Notes: generated by a model not told the origin, from the sequence alone. 64,000 bases of DNA from Bacteroidota bacterium (GCA_026391695.1 JAPLDP010000068.1:4305-68304), one strand, 5' to 3'; positions 9,178 through 18,489 are shown, counted from the first letter of the stretch. A program made the numbers and translations.

Positions 9178-9185
9178 TATATTTG
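9178..9185 (+). promoter_or_regulatory. -7 promoter box TATATTTG
   Basis: Exact TAnnTTTG match 37 nt upstream of the ATG at 9223. Confidence 0.5.
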
Positions 9186-9222
9186 GAAACACATTATTTC
9201 ACAATAAAAATTTACATGTCAA

Positions 9223-9531
9223 ATGAAAGCAACCAACCTTATAATGATTCTTGGATTCCTCATGATTGTTAACCTGAGTTATTCGGACATACCACCAGCG
9301 ACCTTTATCCTTGAAGAAGAAGCTTATATCGATGATATCCCTTTTAATACTGAACTGATCGCAAAGAAGGTAATGTCTAAGCCAGGTGCGGATAAATTTA
9401 CTCTCGAAGAAGAAGTTTATATTGACGATATTCCTTTTGATACTGAAAAAATCGTTAAAGAATTGTACAGGGAAGAAAACCTGGTAAAATGTTCACCTAT
9501 AGATAAAAAATGTTATTATATGCTTCATTAG
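9223..9531 (+). CDS. small secreted protein with internal duplication (unknown function)
   Basis: Signal peptide, then two copies of L-EEE-x-YIDDIPF-[ND]-TE-x-I (LEEEAYIDDIPFNTELI and LEEEVYIDDIPFDTEKI). The gene is bracketed by its own -7 box and a terminator. Confidence 0.6.
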   Translation: MKATNLIMILGFLMIVNLSYSDIPPATFILEEEAYIDDIPFNTELIAKKVMSKPGADKFTLEEEVYIDDIPFDTEKIVKELYREENLVKCSPIDKKCYYMLH

Positions 9532-9584
9532 AAGACACCTTGTCGCTTTTCTCATAGTTTCAGTTTAGGTTAGTTTGGAAAGAA

Positions 9585-9616
9585 GAGTCCTGTAATTACA
9601 GGGCTCTTTTCTTTTT
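9585..9616 (+). terminator. intrinsic terminator
   Basis: Stem GAGTCCTG/CAGGGCTC (one G-U pair), loop TAATTA, followed by TTTTCTTTTT. Confidence 0.7.
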
Positions 9617-9658
9617 ACCCAATTGAAATTGAAGTTCATCTGACAGGTGAATTTCTTC

Positions 9659-9666
9659 TATCTTTG
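9659..9666 (+). promoter_or_regulatory. -7 promoter box TATCTTTG
   Basis: Exact TAnnTTTG match 23 nt upstream of the ATG at 9690. Confidence 0.5.
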
Positions 9667-9689
9667 CTTTTCGTTTAAAATCAATTTCT

Positions 9690-10214
9690 ATGAAAAGAAT
9701 AGTTTTGATGGTCCTATCTTTCTCCACTTTTTTTGTTCTTGAGGCGCAGGAAAAGAATAAGATCATTATGGATTCCATACTGCAAAAAGAAGTTCTTGTT
9801 GGATATTGCACCCGTGAAGGATTGCAAACCGGGGAATTTGCCAAATCATATACTACTGAATATAGATATTATAATCCCAATCCTAAAATTTGTGCCACCC
9901 TTGGAAAGTACATCAACAAATACAAAATAACTGTGGTGTTGGGTTCATGGTGCAGTGATACCAAGGAACAAGTTCCACGGTTTTTCAAAGTAATGGATCA
10001 ACTGAAATATAAAGAAAGAAAACTGACGTTAATATGTGTAGATCGTGCCAAAACGGCACGTACAATGGATATCAGCGGACTGAAGATAGAAAAAGTACCT
10101 ACATTCATCATTTACAAACGTAAATGCGAAATAGGCCGGATTATTGAAACGCCTCTAATAAGCCTGGAAGACGATTTGCTGGATATTATTTTAAAATCAT
10201 CTGCAAAGAAATAG
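9690..10214 (+). CDS. thioredoxin-fold protein (monothiol WCSDT site)
   Basis: Signal peptide. VVLGSWCSDTKEQVPRF occupies the position of the thioredoxin WCxxC motif but has only one Cys. VPTFIIY matches the cis-Pro region. Confidence 0.55.
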   Translation: MKRIVLMVLSFSTFFVLEAQEKNKIIMDSILQKEVLVGYCTREGLQTGEFAKSYTTEYRYYNPNPKICATLGKYINKYKITVVLGSWCSDTKEQVPRFFKVMDQLKYKERKLTLICVDRAKTARTMDISGLKIEKVPTFIIYKRKCEIGRIIETPLISLEDDLLDIILKSSAKK

Positions 10215-10236
10215 GTCGTATTCGAATTCCTATCCT

Positions 10237-11082
10237 ATGATCATCAGTAAACGCATTAATGAGACAAAAGTCACCCTTGATTTATGCCGGAAGCGGGGCA
10301 TGACAATTGGATTTGTTCCCACAATGGGTGCCTTACACCAAGGCCATCTGGAATTGGTAAAAAGAGCCAAAAGGGAAAATGATTATATGATGTGCAGTAT
10401 TTTTGTCAATCCAATACAATTCAATAACAAATCGGACCTTGAAAAATATCCCAGAGAAACTGAATCGGACCTTGAAAAACTCAAAAAAAATGGTTGTGAT
10501 TTATTATTCATGCCGTCTGAGGAAGAGATGTACCCTGAACCTGTGACCACTGTTTTTGATTTTGGTCAACTCGACAAATTGATGGAAGGTCAATACCGGC
10601 CGGGACATTTTAACGGAGTAGCCATTGTCGTAAAGAAATTATTTGAAATCATTGAACCTGATAGGGCTTATTTTGGCGAGAAAGATTTTCAGCAGCTGGC
10701 CATCGTAAGGCATATGAATAAAACACTGGACAAGCCTGTTCAAATTGTCGCCTGTCCAACAGTCAGGGAACAGGATGGTCTGGCTATGAGTTCAAGAAAT
10801 ACTCGCCTGACCCCTGGAGAAAGAGCATTGGCTCCATTTATTTATCAGGTTCTGCAAGGCGTAAAAAATAATGCAGGCAAACAATCAGTTGCAGAACTTA
10901 AAAGTTGGGTCAGCAATCAGTTTGACAAATATCCGGCTATGAGGCTTGAATATTTTGCGATAGTTGAGATGCAAACTCTAACTCCCATTGAAAAATGGGA
11001 CAACAGCCCGAATATTATTGCCTGTATAGCTGTTTATCTCGGTAATGTCAGACTTATAGATAATATCGTTTTATTTTCGTAA
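10237..11082 (+). CDS. panC: pantoate--beta-alanine ligase
   Basis: GFVPTMGALHQGHLELV signature and FGEKDFQQ motif. Confidence 0.95.
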   Translation: MIISKRINETKVTLDLCRKRGMTIGFVPTMGALHQGHLELVKRAKRENDYMMCSIFVNPIQFNNKSDLEKYPRETESDLEKLKKNGCDLLFMPSEEEMYPEPVTTVFDFGQLDKLMEGQYRPGHFNGVAIVVKKLFEIIEPDRAYFGEKDFQQLAIVRHMNKTLDKPVQIVACPTVREQDGLAMSSRNTRLTPGERALAPFIYQVLQGVKNNAGKQSVAELKSWVSNQFDKYPAMRLEYFAIVEMQTLTPIEKWDNSPNIIACIAVYLGNVRLIDNIVLFS

Positions 11083-11087
11083 TTTTG
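11080..11087 (+). promoter_or_regulatory. -7 box TAATTTTG overlapping the panC stop codon
   Basis: Exact TAnnTTTG match ending 7 nt before the panD ATG (11095). It may be an internal promoter or a chance match. Confidence 0.3.
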
Positions 11088-11094
11088 CAGTGCT

Positions 11095-11442
11095 ATGAGG
11101 ATTGATATTTTAAAATCAAAAATACACCGGGCCACTATTACCGGTGCTGACCTGAATTATGCTGGCAGCATCGCCATTGATGAAGATCTCATGGATGCAG
11201 CGAATCTCATTGAAAATGAAAAAGTAGAGGTATATAATCTTAACAACGGAGAACGGTTGGAAACATATATTATTAAAGAGGGACGGGGAACAGGAATTGT
11301 TGCAATCAACGGTGCGGCGGCACGTAAAGCCATGGTTGGAGATATGGTAATTATAGCTTCCTATGCCAGCATGGATTTTGATGAAGCCAGGCAATTTACT
11401 CCTACCATCATATATCCAAATAATCGGAATAAATTAATCTGA
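11095..11442 (+). CDS. panD: aspartate 1-decarboxylase (pyruvoyl-dependent)
   Basis: MRIDILKSKIHRATIT...NYAGSIAID, including the Gly-Ser self-cleavage site. Confidence 0.95.
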   Translation: MRIDILKSKIHRATITGADLNYAGSIAIDEDLMDAANLIENEKVEVYNLNNGERLETYIIKEGRGTGIVAINGAAARKAMVGDMVIIASYASMDFDEARQFTPTIIYPNNRNKLI

Positions 11443-11448
11443 TCCCCA

Positions 11449-12465
11449 GTGAAGAAGACTATCATCACTGTTGGAAAATTTCTTTTTTTCCTTGCCATAG
11501 GATTATTTTTCATATGGATTTTTATGCGTAATCTGACAGCAGAGGAGAAAAAAGAAATCCTGCAATCTTTCCGTCAGGCCAACTATTGGTGGATCTTCCT
11601 TTCGATGGGTTTGGGTATTCTCAGTCACATAGGCCGGACTCTGCGATGGAAAATGCTCATAGAACCCATGGGGTATAATCCCAGATTCCGAAATGTTTTT
11701 TTTTCTGTTTTTATAGGATATTTTGCCAACCTGGCCCTGCCCCGCCTTGGAGAGATCAGCCGCTGCGGAGTATTGACAAAATATGAAAAAATACCATTTC
11801 AAAAATCCTTCGGAACAGTGGTCACTGAGCGCGCTGTTGACCTTCTGACCTTTATAATTCTTTTCTTTATCAACCTTGCCCTCCAATTCAACAAGGTGCA
11901 CCTTTATATAGAAGAGAAGATATATCGGCCATTATCTGAAAAATTCAGCAATTCTCTTGTGGATAATTATTTCCTGATAGGTTTTTTGGCCATTCTTTTA
12001 TTTGGCATTTTTTTTCTTTTTTTCTTCAGAAGAAAAGTTGCACACGCGAAAGTTTATTTGAAAATCAAAGAGTTCATCTTCGGATTTATTGAGGGATTGA
12101 AATCTCTCACCAAAATAAAACGCCCATGGTTATTTGTGTTTTATAGTATTTTTATCTGGCTGTTATACTTTGTAATGACCTATGTTGTTTTCTCATGCCT
12201 GCCTGAAACAAAGTCACTCAGCCTCATTGCCGGATTTGCCGTTTTTATCTTTGCCAGTATCGGCATCATTGTCGTCCAGGGAGGTATCGGCATATATCCG
12301 GCTATCGTTGCTGAAACGTTGTTTATATATAACATCGCTGAACCCAAAGGATATGCTATGGGATGGTTACTTTGGACGGGACAGACGGTCATGATCATTG
12401 TTGCAGGACTAATTTCTTTAACTTTATTGCCAATGCTAAACAGAACAAACAATGGTAAAACGTGA
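11449..12465 (+). CDS. flippase-like (lysylphosphatidylglycerol synthase TM region family) membrane protein
   Basis: GTG start. About 8 TM helices, with a RTLRWKML motif after TM2 that is typical of the UPF0104/LPG_synthase_TM family. Confidence 0.6.
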   Translation: MKKTIITVGKFLFFLAIGLFFIWIFMRNLTAEEKKEILQSFRQANYWWIFLSMGLGILSHIGRTLRWKMLIEPMGYNPRFRNVFFSVFIGYFANLALPRLGEISRCGVLTKYEKIPFQKSFGTVVTERAVDLLTFIILFFINLALQFNKVHLYIEEKIYRPLSEKFSNSLVDNYFLIGFLAILLFGIFFLFFFRRKVAHAKVYLKIKEFIFGFIEGLKSLTKIKRPWLFVFYSIFIWLLYFVMTYVVFSCLPETKSLSLIAGFAVFIFASIGIIVVQGGIGIYPAIVAETLFIYNIAEPKGYAMGWLLWTGQTVMIIVAGLISLTLLPMLNRTNNGKT

Positions 12466-12943
12466 AGTAATAGATTCGAAAATTCTGGGTGCACAAGCTC
12501 TTGAAAGACAATTAGCTATCTGGCGCTTCAAAAGTAAACGGATTGTTTTCACAAATGGATGTTTCGACATCATTCACCTTGGTCATATCGATTACCTGTC
12601 AAAAGCTGCAGACCTCGGCGAGGTGCTTATCGTAGGATTAAACTCAGATGCTTCGGTACGGCGGATAAAAGGCCCGAACCGGCCATTGAATGATCAAATT
12701 GGGAGGGCAACAGTATTGGCATCTTTATACTTCGTAGATGCGGTTGTTTTGTTTGATGAAGATACTCCCTATCAGTTGATACAGACTGTTCAACCCGATA
12801 TTTTAGTAAAAGGCGGTGATTACCGGCTCACGGATATAGTAGGTTACGATGTTGTCAAAGCTAAGGGCGGTGAGGTCTTCCTCATCGATTTTCTCCATGG
12901 TTATTCATCATCTTCTTTGCTGGAAAAAATCAAATTCATTTGA
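12452..12943 (+). CDS. D-glycero-beta-D-manno-heptose 1-phosphate adenylyltransferase-like cytidylyltransferase (RfaE domain II type)
   Basis: FTNGCFDIIHLGHIDYL (HxGH nucleotidyltransferase motif) and LNSDASVRRIKGPNRP. It overlaps the upstream gene by 14 nt. Confidence 0.85.
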   Translation: MVKREVIDSKILGAQALERQLAIWRFKSKRIVFTNGCFDIIHLGHIDYLSKAADLGEVLIVGLNSDASVRRIKGPNRPLNDQIGRATVLASLYFVDAVVLFDEDTPYQLIQTVQPDILVKGGDYRLTDIVGYDVVKAKGGEVFLIDFLHGYSSSSLLEKIKFI

Positions 12944-14313
12944 TGAACAAGACTAAAACAGCTTTTTTTTGCCAGAATTGTGGTGCCCAATCGACCCGTT
13001 GGATCGGAAAATGTCCATCATGCAACGAATGGAACACTTATGTGGAGGAAATTATACACCGGGATGACAGCATGGGAAGCACCCATAATATTCTGCTGTC
13101 AGGTAAACCGGAAAAACCACAATTGATTTCAGATATTAACTGGTCAGATAATCCTCGCATCAATACACATGATGAGGAATTCAACCGTGTACTTGGCGGT
13201 GGTCTTGTGAACGGATCTCTTGTTCTTATTGGAGGTGAACCTGGTATTGGTAAATCTACACTGATGCTTCAGATAGCATTGAACATGAAAGGGACCAGAA
13301 TACTTTTCGTATCAGGAGAAGAAAGTAACCAGCAAATACGTTTACGGGCTGATCGTTTAGGAATAATGAACAAGGAATGTTTTATATTGAATGTGACATC
13401 GACACAGGAGATATTTAAACATATTGATGAGATAAAACCAGGACTGGTCATCATTGATTCAATCCAGACATTGCATACTGATGTCATTGATTCATCGGCC
13501 GGAAGCATATCTCAAATCCGCGAGAGTGCTGCTGAAATGCAACATTTTGCCAAGGCGAGCGGTATACCTGTCATTCTTATAGGTCATGTCACAAAGGAAG
13601 GTCTTCTGGCCGGACCGAAAATCCTTGAGCATATGGTTGATACGGTCCTTCAATTCGAAGGTGATCATAATTATGTATATCGTATTCTCAGGGCTGCCAA
13701 GAATCGATTTGGATCAACCTCTGAATTGGGGATATACGAAATGCATGACAATGGACTCAGGGAGGTGCCGGATCCTTCGGAAATTCTTATTGCACAACGC
13801 GATGAAGAACTTAGCGGTATTGCTATTGCGGCGACCATTGAAGGCTTGCGTCCCATGCTGATAGAAATTCAGGCTTTGGTAAGTTCAGCTGCGTTTGGTA
13901 CACCTCAGCGTTCATCTACGGGCTTCGATGTTAGACGTTTAAATATGTTACTGGCTGTACTGGAGAAAAGAAGCGGATTCAAGCTGGGATATAAAGATGT
14001 ATTTTTAAACATCGCCGGTGGTATTCAGGTTGATGACCCGGCTATCGATCTGGCTGTAGTCACTGCTATACTATCTTCAAATGCTGATATACCTGTTGGC
14101 CAAAAGGTCACTTTCGCCGGCGAGATCGGACTCTCAGGTGAAATCAGATCCGTTAACCGCATCGAACAACGGATAACTGAAGCTGAAAGATTGGGTTTTG
14201 AAAGGATTCTTATTTCGAAATATAACCTGAAGGGTTTGAATAAACAGAAATTCACTATCAAGATCATTACCTGTACAAAAATTGAAGATCTGGTCAGGGA
14301 AATATTTTCCTAA
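12943..14313 (+). CDS. radA: DNA repair protein RadA
   Basis: Zinc ribbon CQNCGAQSTRWIGKCPSCNEWNT, Walker A GGEPGIGKST, KNRFG motif and a Lon-like C-terminal domain. The ATG overlaps the upstream stop as TGATG. Confidence 0.95.
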   Translation: MNKTKTAFFCQNCGAQSTRWIGKCPSCNEWNTYVEEIIHRDDSMGSTHNILLSGKPEKPQLISDINWSDNPRINTHDEEFNRVLGGGLVNGSLVLIGGEPGIGKSTLMLQIALNMKGTRILFVSGEESNQQIRLRADRLGIMNKECFILNVTSTQEIFKHIDEIKPGLVIIDSIQTLHTDVIDSSAGSISQIRESAAEMQHFAKASGIPVILIGHVTKEGLLAGPKILEHMVDTVLQFEGDHNYVYRILRAAKNRFGSTSELGIYEMHDNGLREVPDPSEILIAQRDEELSGIAIAATIEGLRPMLIEIQALVSSAAFGTPQRSSTGFDVRRLNMLLAVLEKRSGFKLGYKDVFLNIAGGIQVDDPAIDLAVVTAILSSNADIPVGQKVTFAGEIGLSGEIRSVNRIEQRITEAERLGFERILISKYNLKGLNKQKFTIKIITCTKIEDLVREIFS

Positions 14314-14327
14314 ATCCATTTACCGAA

Positions 14328-14888
14328 TCAGGAATACAGGAAAAGGAAGATTAGTGGGATGATAATACCAATAGCAGTAAGCCAGGCACCACGACCGGAA
14401 ATACCATTTTTCCCCCTGATGATGAAAAGGCCAGTTATTCCCAAAAGAATCAAGGCAGCTGCATAAATATCAGAAAAATATTTCCACCATTTTCCCGGAT
14501 TATAATGTAAAAAGTTAACCTGATTTAATAATGGTCTGCGTTTGATCTTCTCAATGACACCGGTACCATCGGTCAGACGGATTGTAGCTGATCCTCCGGT
14601 TAAAAAGATTTTGAGGGTATTTCCATCAGGAAAATAATGTTTCTTATAATTATCCACTTCACCGATTCCCTTTAGGAGTGAAGCTATTTGTTTGTCATTT
14701 AGGGTATATATATCAGGAGGAACTGTGATATTGAATCCCGTTACATGAATAATATAATTTGGATTCCAGTCTTTGACGTGGTTGAGAGCTATTCCGGAAA
14801 GGCCATAAATAAAAGTCATCCCAAAGAAGAAATACCCGAAATCACGGTGTAAAACCCTGTTCCATTTGCGCCAGTTGATTTTGGTCAT
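14328..14888 (-). CDS. PepSY-associated TM helix protein
   Basis: WRKWNRVLHRDFGYFFFGMTFIYGLSGIALNH signature. The start is trimmed to the ATG at 14888 (MTKINW), which removes the overlap with the upstream gene ending at 14899. Confidence 0.7.
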   Translation of the reverse strand: MTKINWRKWNRVLHRDFGYFFFGMTFIYGLSGIALNHVKDWNPNYIIHVTGFNITVPPDIYTLNDKQIASLLKGIGEVDNYKKHYFPDGNTLKIFLTGGSATIRLTDGTGVIEKIKRRPLLNQVNFLHYNPGKWWKYFSDIYAAALILLGITGLFIIRGKNGISGRGAWLTAIGIIIPLIFLFLYS

Positions 14889-14898
14889 GGCCCGAAGC

Positions 14899-15486
14899 TT
14901 ATTCTTTTTTTTCTTCGATTTTGTTGCAAACGATCGAATAAAAGGCAATAAATCCTTTACCGCTTGCGTCAACCTCTTGCCTGTACTGGTTAATTACATC
15001 ATAAGGACTCTGATGATTGCCCTGATCGATTTTTTCCCCTAAACCTGTATACATCCCCTGTCCTGATGAAGCTGTACTATCTTGTTGTACTTCAGATTCC
15101 TGCTTTTTAATCTCATCTTCCCATTGCAACAGGTAAGCTTCATCTATTTTAAGTTCATCAACGATGCCTTTAACAACAATATCACTGCCTTCAAGAGCGA
15201 TGTCAAAACTTGAAATATTACCTCCTACTGTGACTTTGACTCTTTTACTGGAATCACCGTCCATCAGGAACATCCGTTTTCCGCTTTCCCGGCAAACATG
15301 AACGACCGTCCCTGAGAGAACAACTTCCTTTCCTACATATTGCTGGACCAATGAATCAAAATCAGCCACACTCAGCATGATTTGTTCCTGTGCTTCCTTT
15401 GTAGTATTAGCTGTCTTATTTCCGCAAGAAATAATAATTAGCGAAAAAAATGAAAATAGAATGATAGTAAACAGAGATCTTAACAT
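14899..15486 (-). CDS. lipoprotein of unknown function
   Basis: Lipobox LIIISCGN. A canonical SD, AAGGAGGA, lies 5 nt before the ATG. Probably co-transcribed with the PepSY-TM gene. Confidence 0.7.
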   Translation of the reverse strand: MLRSLFTIILFSFFSLIIISCGNKTANTTKEAQEQIMLSVADFDSLVQQYVGKEVVLSGTVVHVCRESGKRMFLMDGDSSKRVKVTVGGNISSFDIALEGSDIVVKGIVDELKIDEAYLLQWEDEIKKQESEVQQDSTASSGQGMYTGLGEKIDQGNHQSPYDVINQYRQEVDASGKGFIAFYSIVCNKIEEKKE

Positions 15487-15557
15487 AATGTCCTCCTTTA
15501 AAATCAGGCTGCATAATTAATCATTTTTACTGACAACCGCAAATTACCTCTGTGAAA

Positions 15558-15699
15558 TCTTGTAATGATCACCTAAACGGATTTCTCAAAAAATCCGTGT
15601 TACCTGAAACTGAATATCGAAAAAATCAAACCATTGGTTCAGGATAGATTACAAGTATTGGGGTGCAAGTTGGGTTAAAAGTGAGGCACCCTCTTTTTT
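15558..15699 (+). ncRNA. candidate orphan structured small RNA
   Basis: Near-consensus -7 box TACCTCTG at 15545-15552. P1 CTTGTAAT/ATTACAAG (15559-66 / 15648-55) encloses the hairpins ACGGATTT/AAATCCGT (15577-98) and CCTGAA/TTCAGG (15603-43). A GGGTGC/GCACCC stem follows, then TCTTTTTT (15661-15699). There is no upstream plus-strand gene for this terminator to serve. Confidence 0.35.
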
Positions 15700-15915
15700 A
15701 ATTCCCATCTATCTACCTATTACTTAGATTTATTTTATTTGCTCCACGGCCGCGGGGACGAACCAACGCAACGCGACTGCGAGGCCTGGCAGCCAGAGCG
15801 TAAAAAAAAGAAACTGTCCCTGATTATGAGAGAGCCTCTATTATAATATTTTTCGATTTCAGACCAGTTTTTAAAGGAATAAAGAACTTTTTTACTGTGC
15901 AGGCTTTCAAATTTT

Positions 15916-15923
15916 TACCTTTG
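15916..15923 (+). promoter_or_regulatory. -7 promoter box TACCTTTG
   Basis: Exact TAnnTTTG match ending 7 nt before the ATG at 15931. Confidence 0.5.
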
Positions 15924-15930
15924 CAGGAAT

Positions 15931-17457
15931 ATGACAGATTTCAGCACATACAGGTTGAAGCTATTTGTTTTAGCGCATTTAATATTCCTGCTTTCACCAA
16001 TCTATCTTTTTTCTCAGGATACAACGCTTATCAGGCTCATCCAGGCCGATGAAATCAAATATAACAAATACATAATGAGTGATATACAGGTTCTGGCAGG
16101 CCAGGTTATCCTTGAGCATGACAGCATTTTCCTATATTGCGACAGTGCCTATCTGAATGAAAAGATAAATAATGTTGAAGCTTTTGGCAACGTACATTTC
16201 AAGGCCAGTGACACGCTCCATCTTTTTGGCGATCACTTGATTTATGATGGAAATACAAAGATCGCCGAGATACAAAATAATGTTAAATTAATTGATAAAG
16301 AGACAACACTCACTACCGAACATTTGTTTTATAACCGCTTATCCCGGACTGCACAGTATATTGCAGGAGGCAAGATTATTAATAAGGATAATGAGCTTTA
16401 CAGCGACATCGGATATTACTTTTCGGAAAAAAAAGAATTTCTCTTCAGGAAAAATGTTATTCTTGTCAATCCAAGGTATATCATGAATTCAGAGAATCTG
16501 AAATACAATACAGAGAGTGAAACAGCACATTTTCTTGGGCCTACAACGATTGAGAGTAGTGACACCTATATTTACTGTGAAAATGGCTGGTATGATACCA
16601 GAGATGATATCTCACAATATGACCGGAATGCCTATATCATTCATGGTGAGCAATCAATGAAGGGCGACAGTTTGTATTATGATCAGAAGATTGGATTCGG
16701 TAAAGCGTTCAATCATGTAGTTGTGACTGATACTGTACAGGATATTATCATTAAAGGGAATTATGCTGAATACAGGAAACCGGATGGCTATTCAATGATC
16801 ACCGACAGCGCTGTAGCAATTTTAATTTCTGAATTGGATTCCCTTTTTCTCCATGCTGACACTTTACGAGCAACCTTTGATTCGACTCAAAACATCAGAT
16901 CTCTTTATGCTTATAACCGGTCCAAGTTTTACAGAACTGATATACAGGGCATGTGTGATTCATTGTATTATAATTTTACCGATTCTGTCATCAGTCTATA
17001 TAAAGAGCCTGTCCTATGGTCAGAGCAATACCAATTAACAGCGGATTCCATTCAGATATGGATCAGAAATAAGCAATTGTCGAGGATGATCCTGCACAAT
17101 ACAGCATTTATTATTGGCCGGGATGCGGAGAATAAGTATAACCAGATTCGTGGGATCAATATGACGGGATATTTTACTGATAATGAATTGACAAAAATAA
17201 CTGTTGCATCCAATGCAGAGACCATTTATTTCGTCAGGGAGGATGACGGAGGGTTGATCGGCATCAACAAAGTATTCTCCGGAAATATGAAAATTCAATT
17301 ATCTAACAATAAGATACAGAAGATAACCTATATCGATCAACCCACGGCTACACTTTATCCGGAGAATGAAGTAAAACCGGAAGATCTCAGGTTAAAAGGA
17401 TTCAAATGGCTTGGAAACAGAAGGCCTTCTAATAAATTTGATATTTTCTTCGAGTGA
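15931..17457 (+). CDS. OstA-like (LptA/LptD N-terminal domain repeats) protein
   Basis: Signal peptide and repeated OstA-type beta-jellyroll segments (LIQADEIKY..., AFGNVHFKASD..., IQNNVKLIDKETTLTTEHLFYN). Confidence 0.7.
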   Translation: MTDFSTYRLKLFVLAHLIFLLSPIYLFSQDTTLIRLIQADEIKYNKYIMSDIQVLAGQVILEHDSIFLYCDSAYLNEKINNVEAFGNVHFKASDTLHLFGDHLIYDGNTKIAEIQNNVKLIDKETTLTTEHLFYNRLSRTAQYIAGGKIINKDNELYSDIGYYFSEKKEFLFRKNVILVNPRYIMNSENLKYNTESETAHFLGPTTIESSDTYIYCENGWYDTRDDISQYDRNAYIIHGEQSMKGDSLYYDQKIGFGKAFNHVVVTDTVQDIIIKGNYAEYRKPDGYSMITDSAVAILISELDSLFLHADTLRATFDSTQNIRSLYAYNRSKFYRTDIQGMCDSLYYNFTDSVISLYKEPVLWSEQYQLTADSIQIWIRNKQLSRMILHNTAFIIGRDAENKYNQIRGINMTGYFTDNELTKITVASNAETIYFVREDDGGLIGINKVFSGNMKIQLSNNKIQKITYIDQPTATLYPENEVKPEDLRLKGFKWLGNRRPSNKFDIFFE

Positions 17458-17489
17458 AAAGTGAAATACAGTGGGAAGCCAGGTGTATT

Positions 17490-18482
17490 TTATTTTTTTT
17501 CCTCTTTATTTTTTTTGCCGAACACTGAGAAGTGAATGTATCTGCCGGGATTCACGCGGAGATCTTCGATCAGCAGGTTTAGCTCCCTCGCCGATGCATT
17601 GAGATGTTTATACAGACTATCATCGCTGATTAGAAGGCCGATTGACCCCTGACCCTTTTCAATTTTTTCAAGAACTAACGAGAGATCATGGATTGTACGG
17701 TTGGTGTTCGCCAGTGTTTCCGATACCTTAGCCTTGGCCAGTGTATCGCTGATCGAAGAAAAGTTCTGAAGTATATTGGTAATGTTATTGTTATTGTTTT
17801 TCAGGTTACTGGTAATCGAATTGATATTGGCAATGATAGCTTCAAAGCGGGAATGCTGCGACTGCATAAGTGTATCAATTAACTGGCTGGTACTCTGCAG
17901 ATGGTCAATGGTTTTTTTGATGCTGGCTACACTGCCGATCAGGTTGGTTCTCATTTCAGCATTGAATACATACTGAATTATTGTAACCATTGAATCAATT
18001 GAAAGGAGAAGGTTCTCAGCTTTTCTTTTTATTGGCAGAACCTGTCTGTTCACTTCATCCTTGAGGCTTTCTTCAATTTCATTTGCAAGGGTATCTCCAT
18101 TTGTACAAAAAGTGCTGGAATTTCCAAGGACAATAGCCACAGCCTTTGCGCCCAAAAGGTCTTCGGAGTAAATTCTTGCAACGGAGTTGTCAGGTACGGG
18201 CAGGTCGGTATTGAGGGACAATTCAACAATGATTTTAGCGGTTGTTTTATCAGCAAAGCGCAGGCTTTTCACCTGGCCGACTTTCATTCCATTGATATTA
18301 ACAGGATTAGCAGCGACAAGACCATCAACCCTGTCATAAACGGCATAAAATATTCGATGGTGGGAGAATATGTCAGTGCCCTTCAGGAAATTTATCCCCC
18401 AAACGAAAAGAGCAATGGTTATAACGAAAATGATTCCGATTTTTACTTCTCTCGAAATCTTTATTTTCTTTAGTGTAAACAT
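17490..18482 (-). CDS. mlaD: MlaD/MCE family lipid-trafficking protein
   Basis: N-terminal TM anchor and MCE domain (VYDRVDGLVAANPVNINGMKVGQVKSLRF). The start is trimmed to the ATG at 18482 (MFTLKKIK). Confidence 0.8.
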   Translation of the reverse strand: MFTLKKIKISREVKIGIIFVITIALFVWGINFLKGTDIFSHHRIFYAVYDRVDGLVAANPVNINGMKVGQVKSLRFADKTTAKIIVELSLNTDLPVPDNSVARIYSEDLLGAKAVAIVLGNSSTFCTNGDTLANEIEESLKDEVNRQVLPIKRKAENLLLSIDSMVTIIQYVFNAEMRTNLIGSVASIKKTIDHLQSTSQLIDTLMQSQHSRFEAIIANINSITSNLKNNNNNITNILQNFSSISDTLAKAKVSETLANTNRTIHDLSLVLEKIEKGQGSIGLLISDDSLYKHLNASARELNLLIEDLRVNPGRYIHFSVFGKKNKEEKK

Positions 18483-18489
18483 GATTATA

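Noticed and set aside
15741-15800. GC-rich island (GCTCCACGGCCGCGGGGACGAACCAACGCAACGCGACTGCGAGGCCTGGCAGCC) that seemed related to 8750-8785 (GAGGGAACGAAGTGACCGAACGGCTTGGCTGGC).
   Set aside because: Ungapped identity is only about 65% over ~23 nt. I could build no convincing shared secondary structure. The evidence is too weak to call a repeat family without a genome-wide search.
17453-17489. Looked for a terminator in the short convergent gaps at 17458-17489, 14314-14327, 22478-22554 and 53567-53678.
   Set aside because: I found no stable GC-rich stem followed by a T-tract in any of them. Only direct heptamer repeats or unstructured sequence are present, so no terminators are called there.
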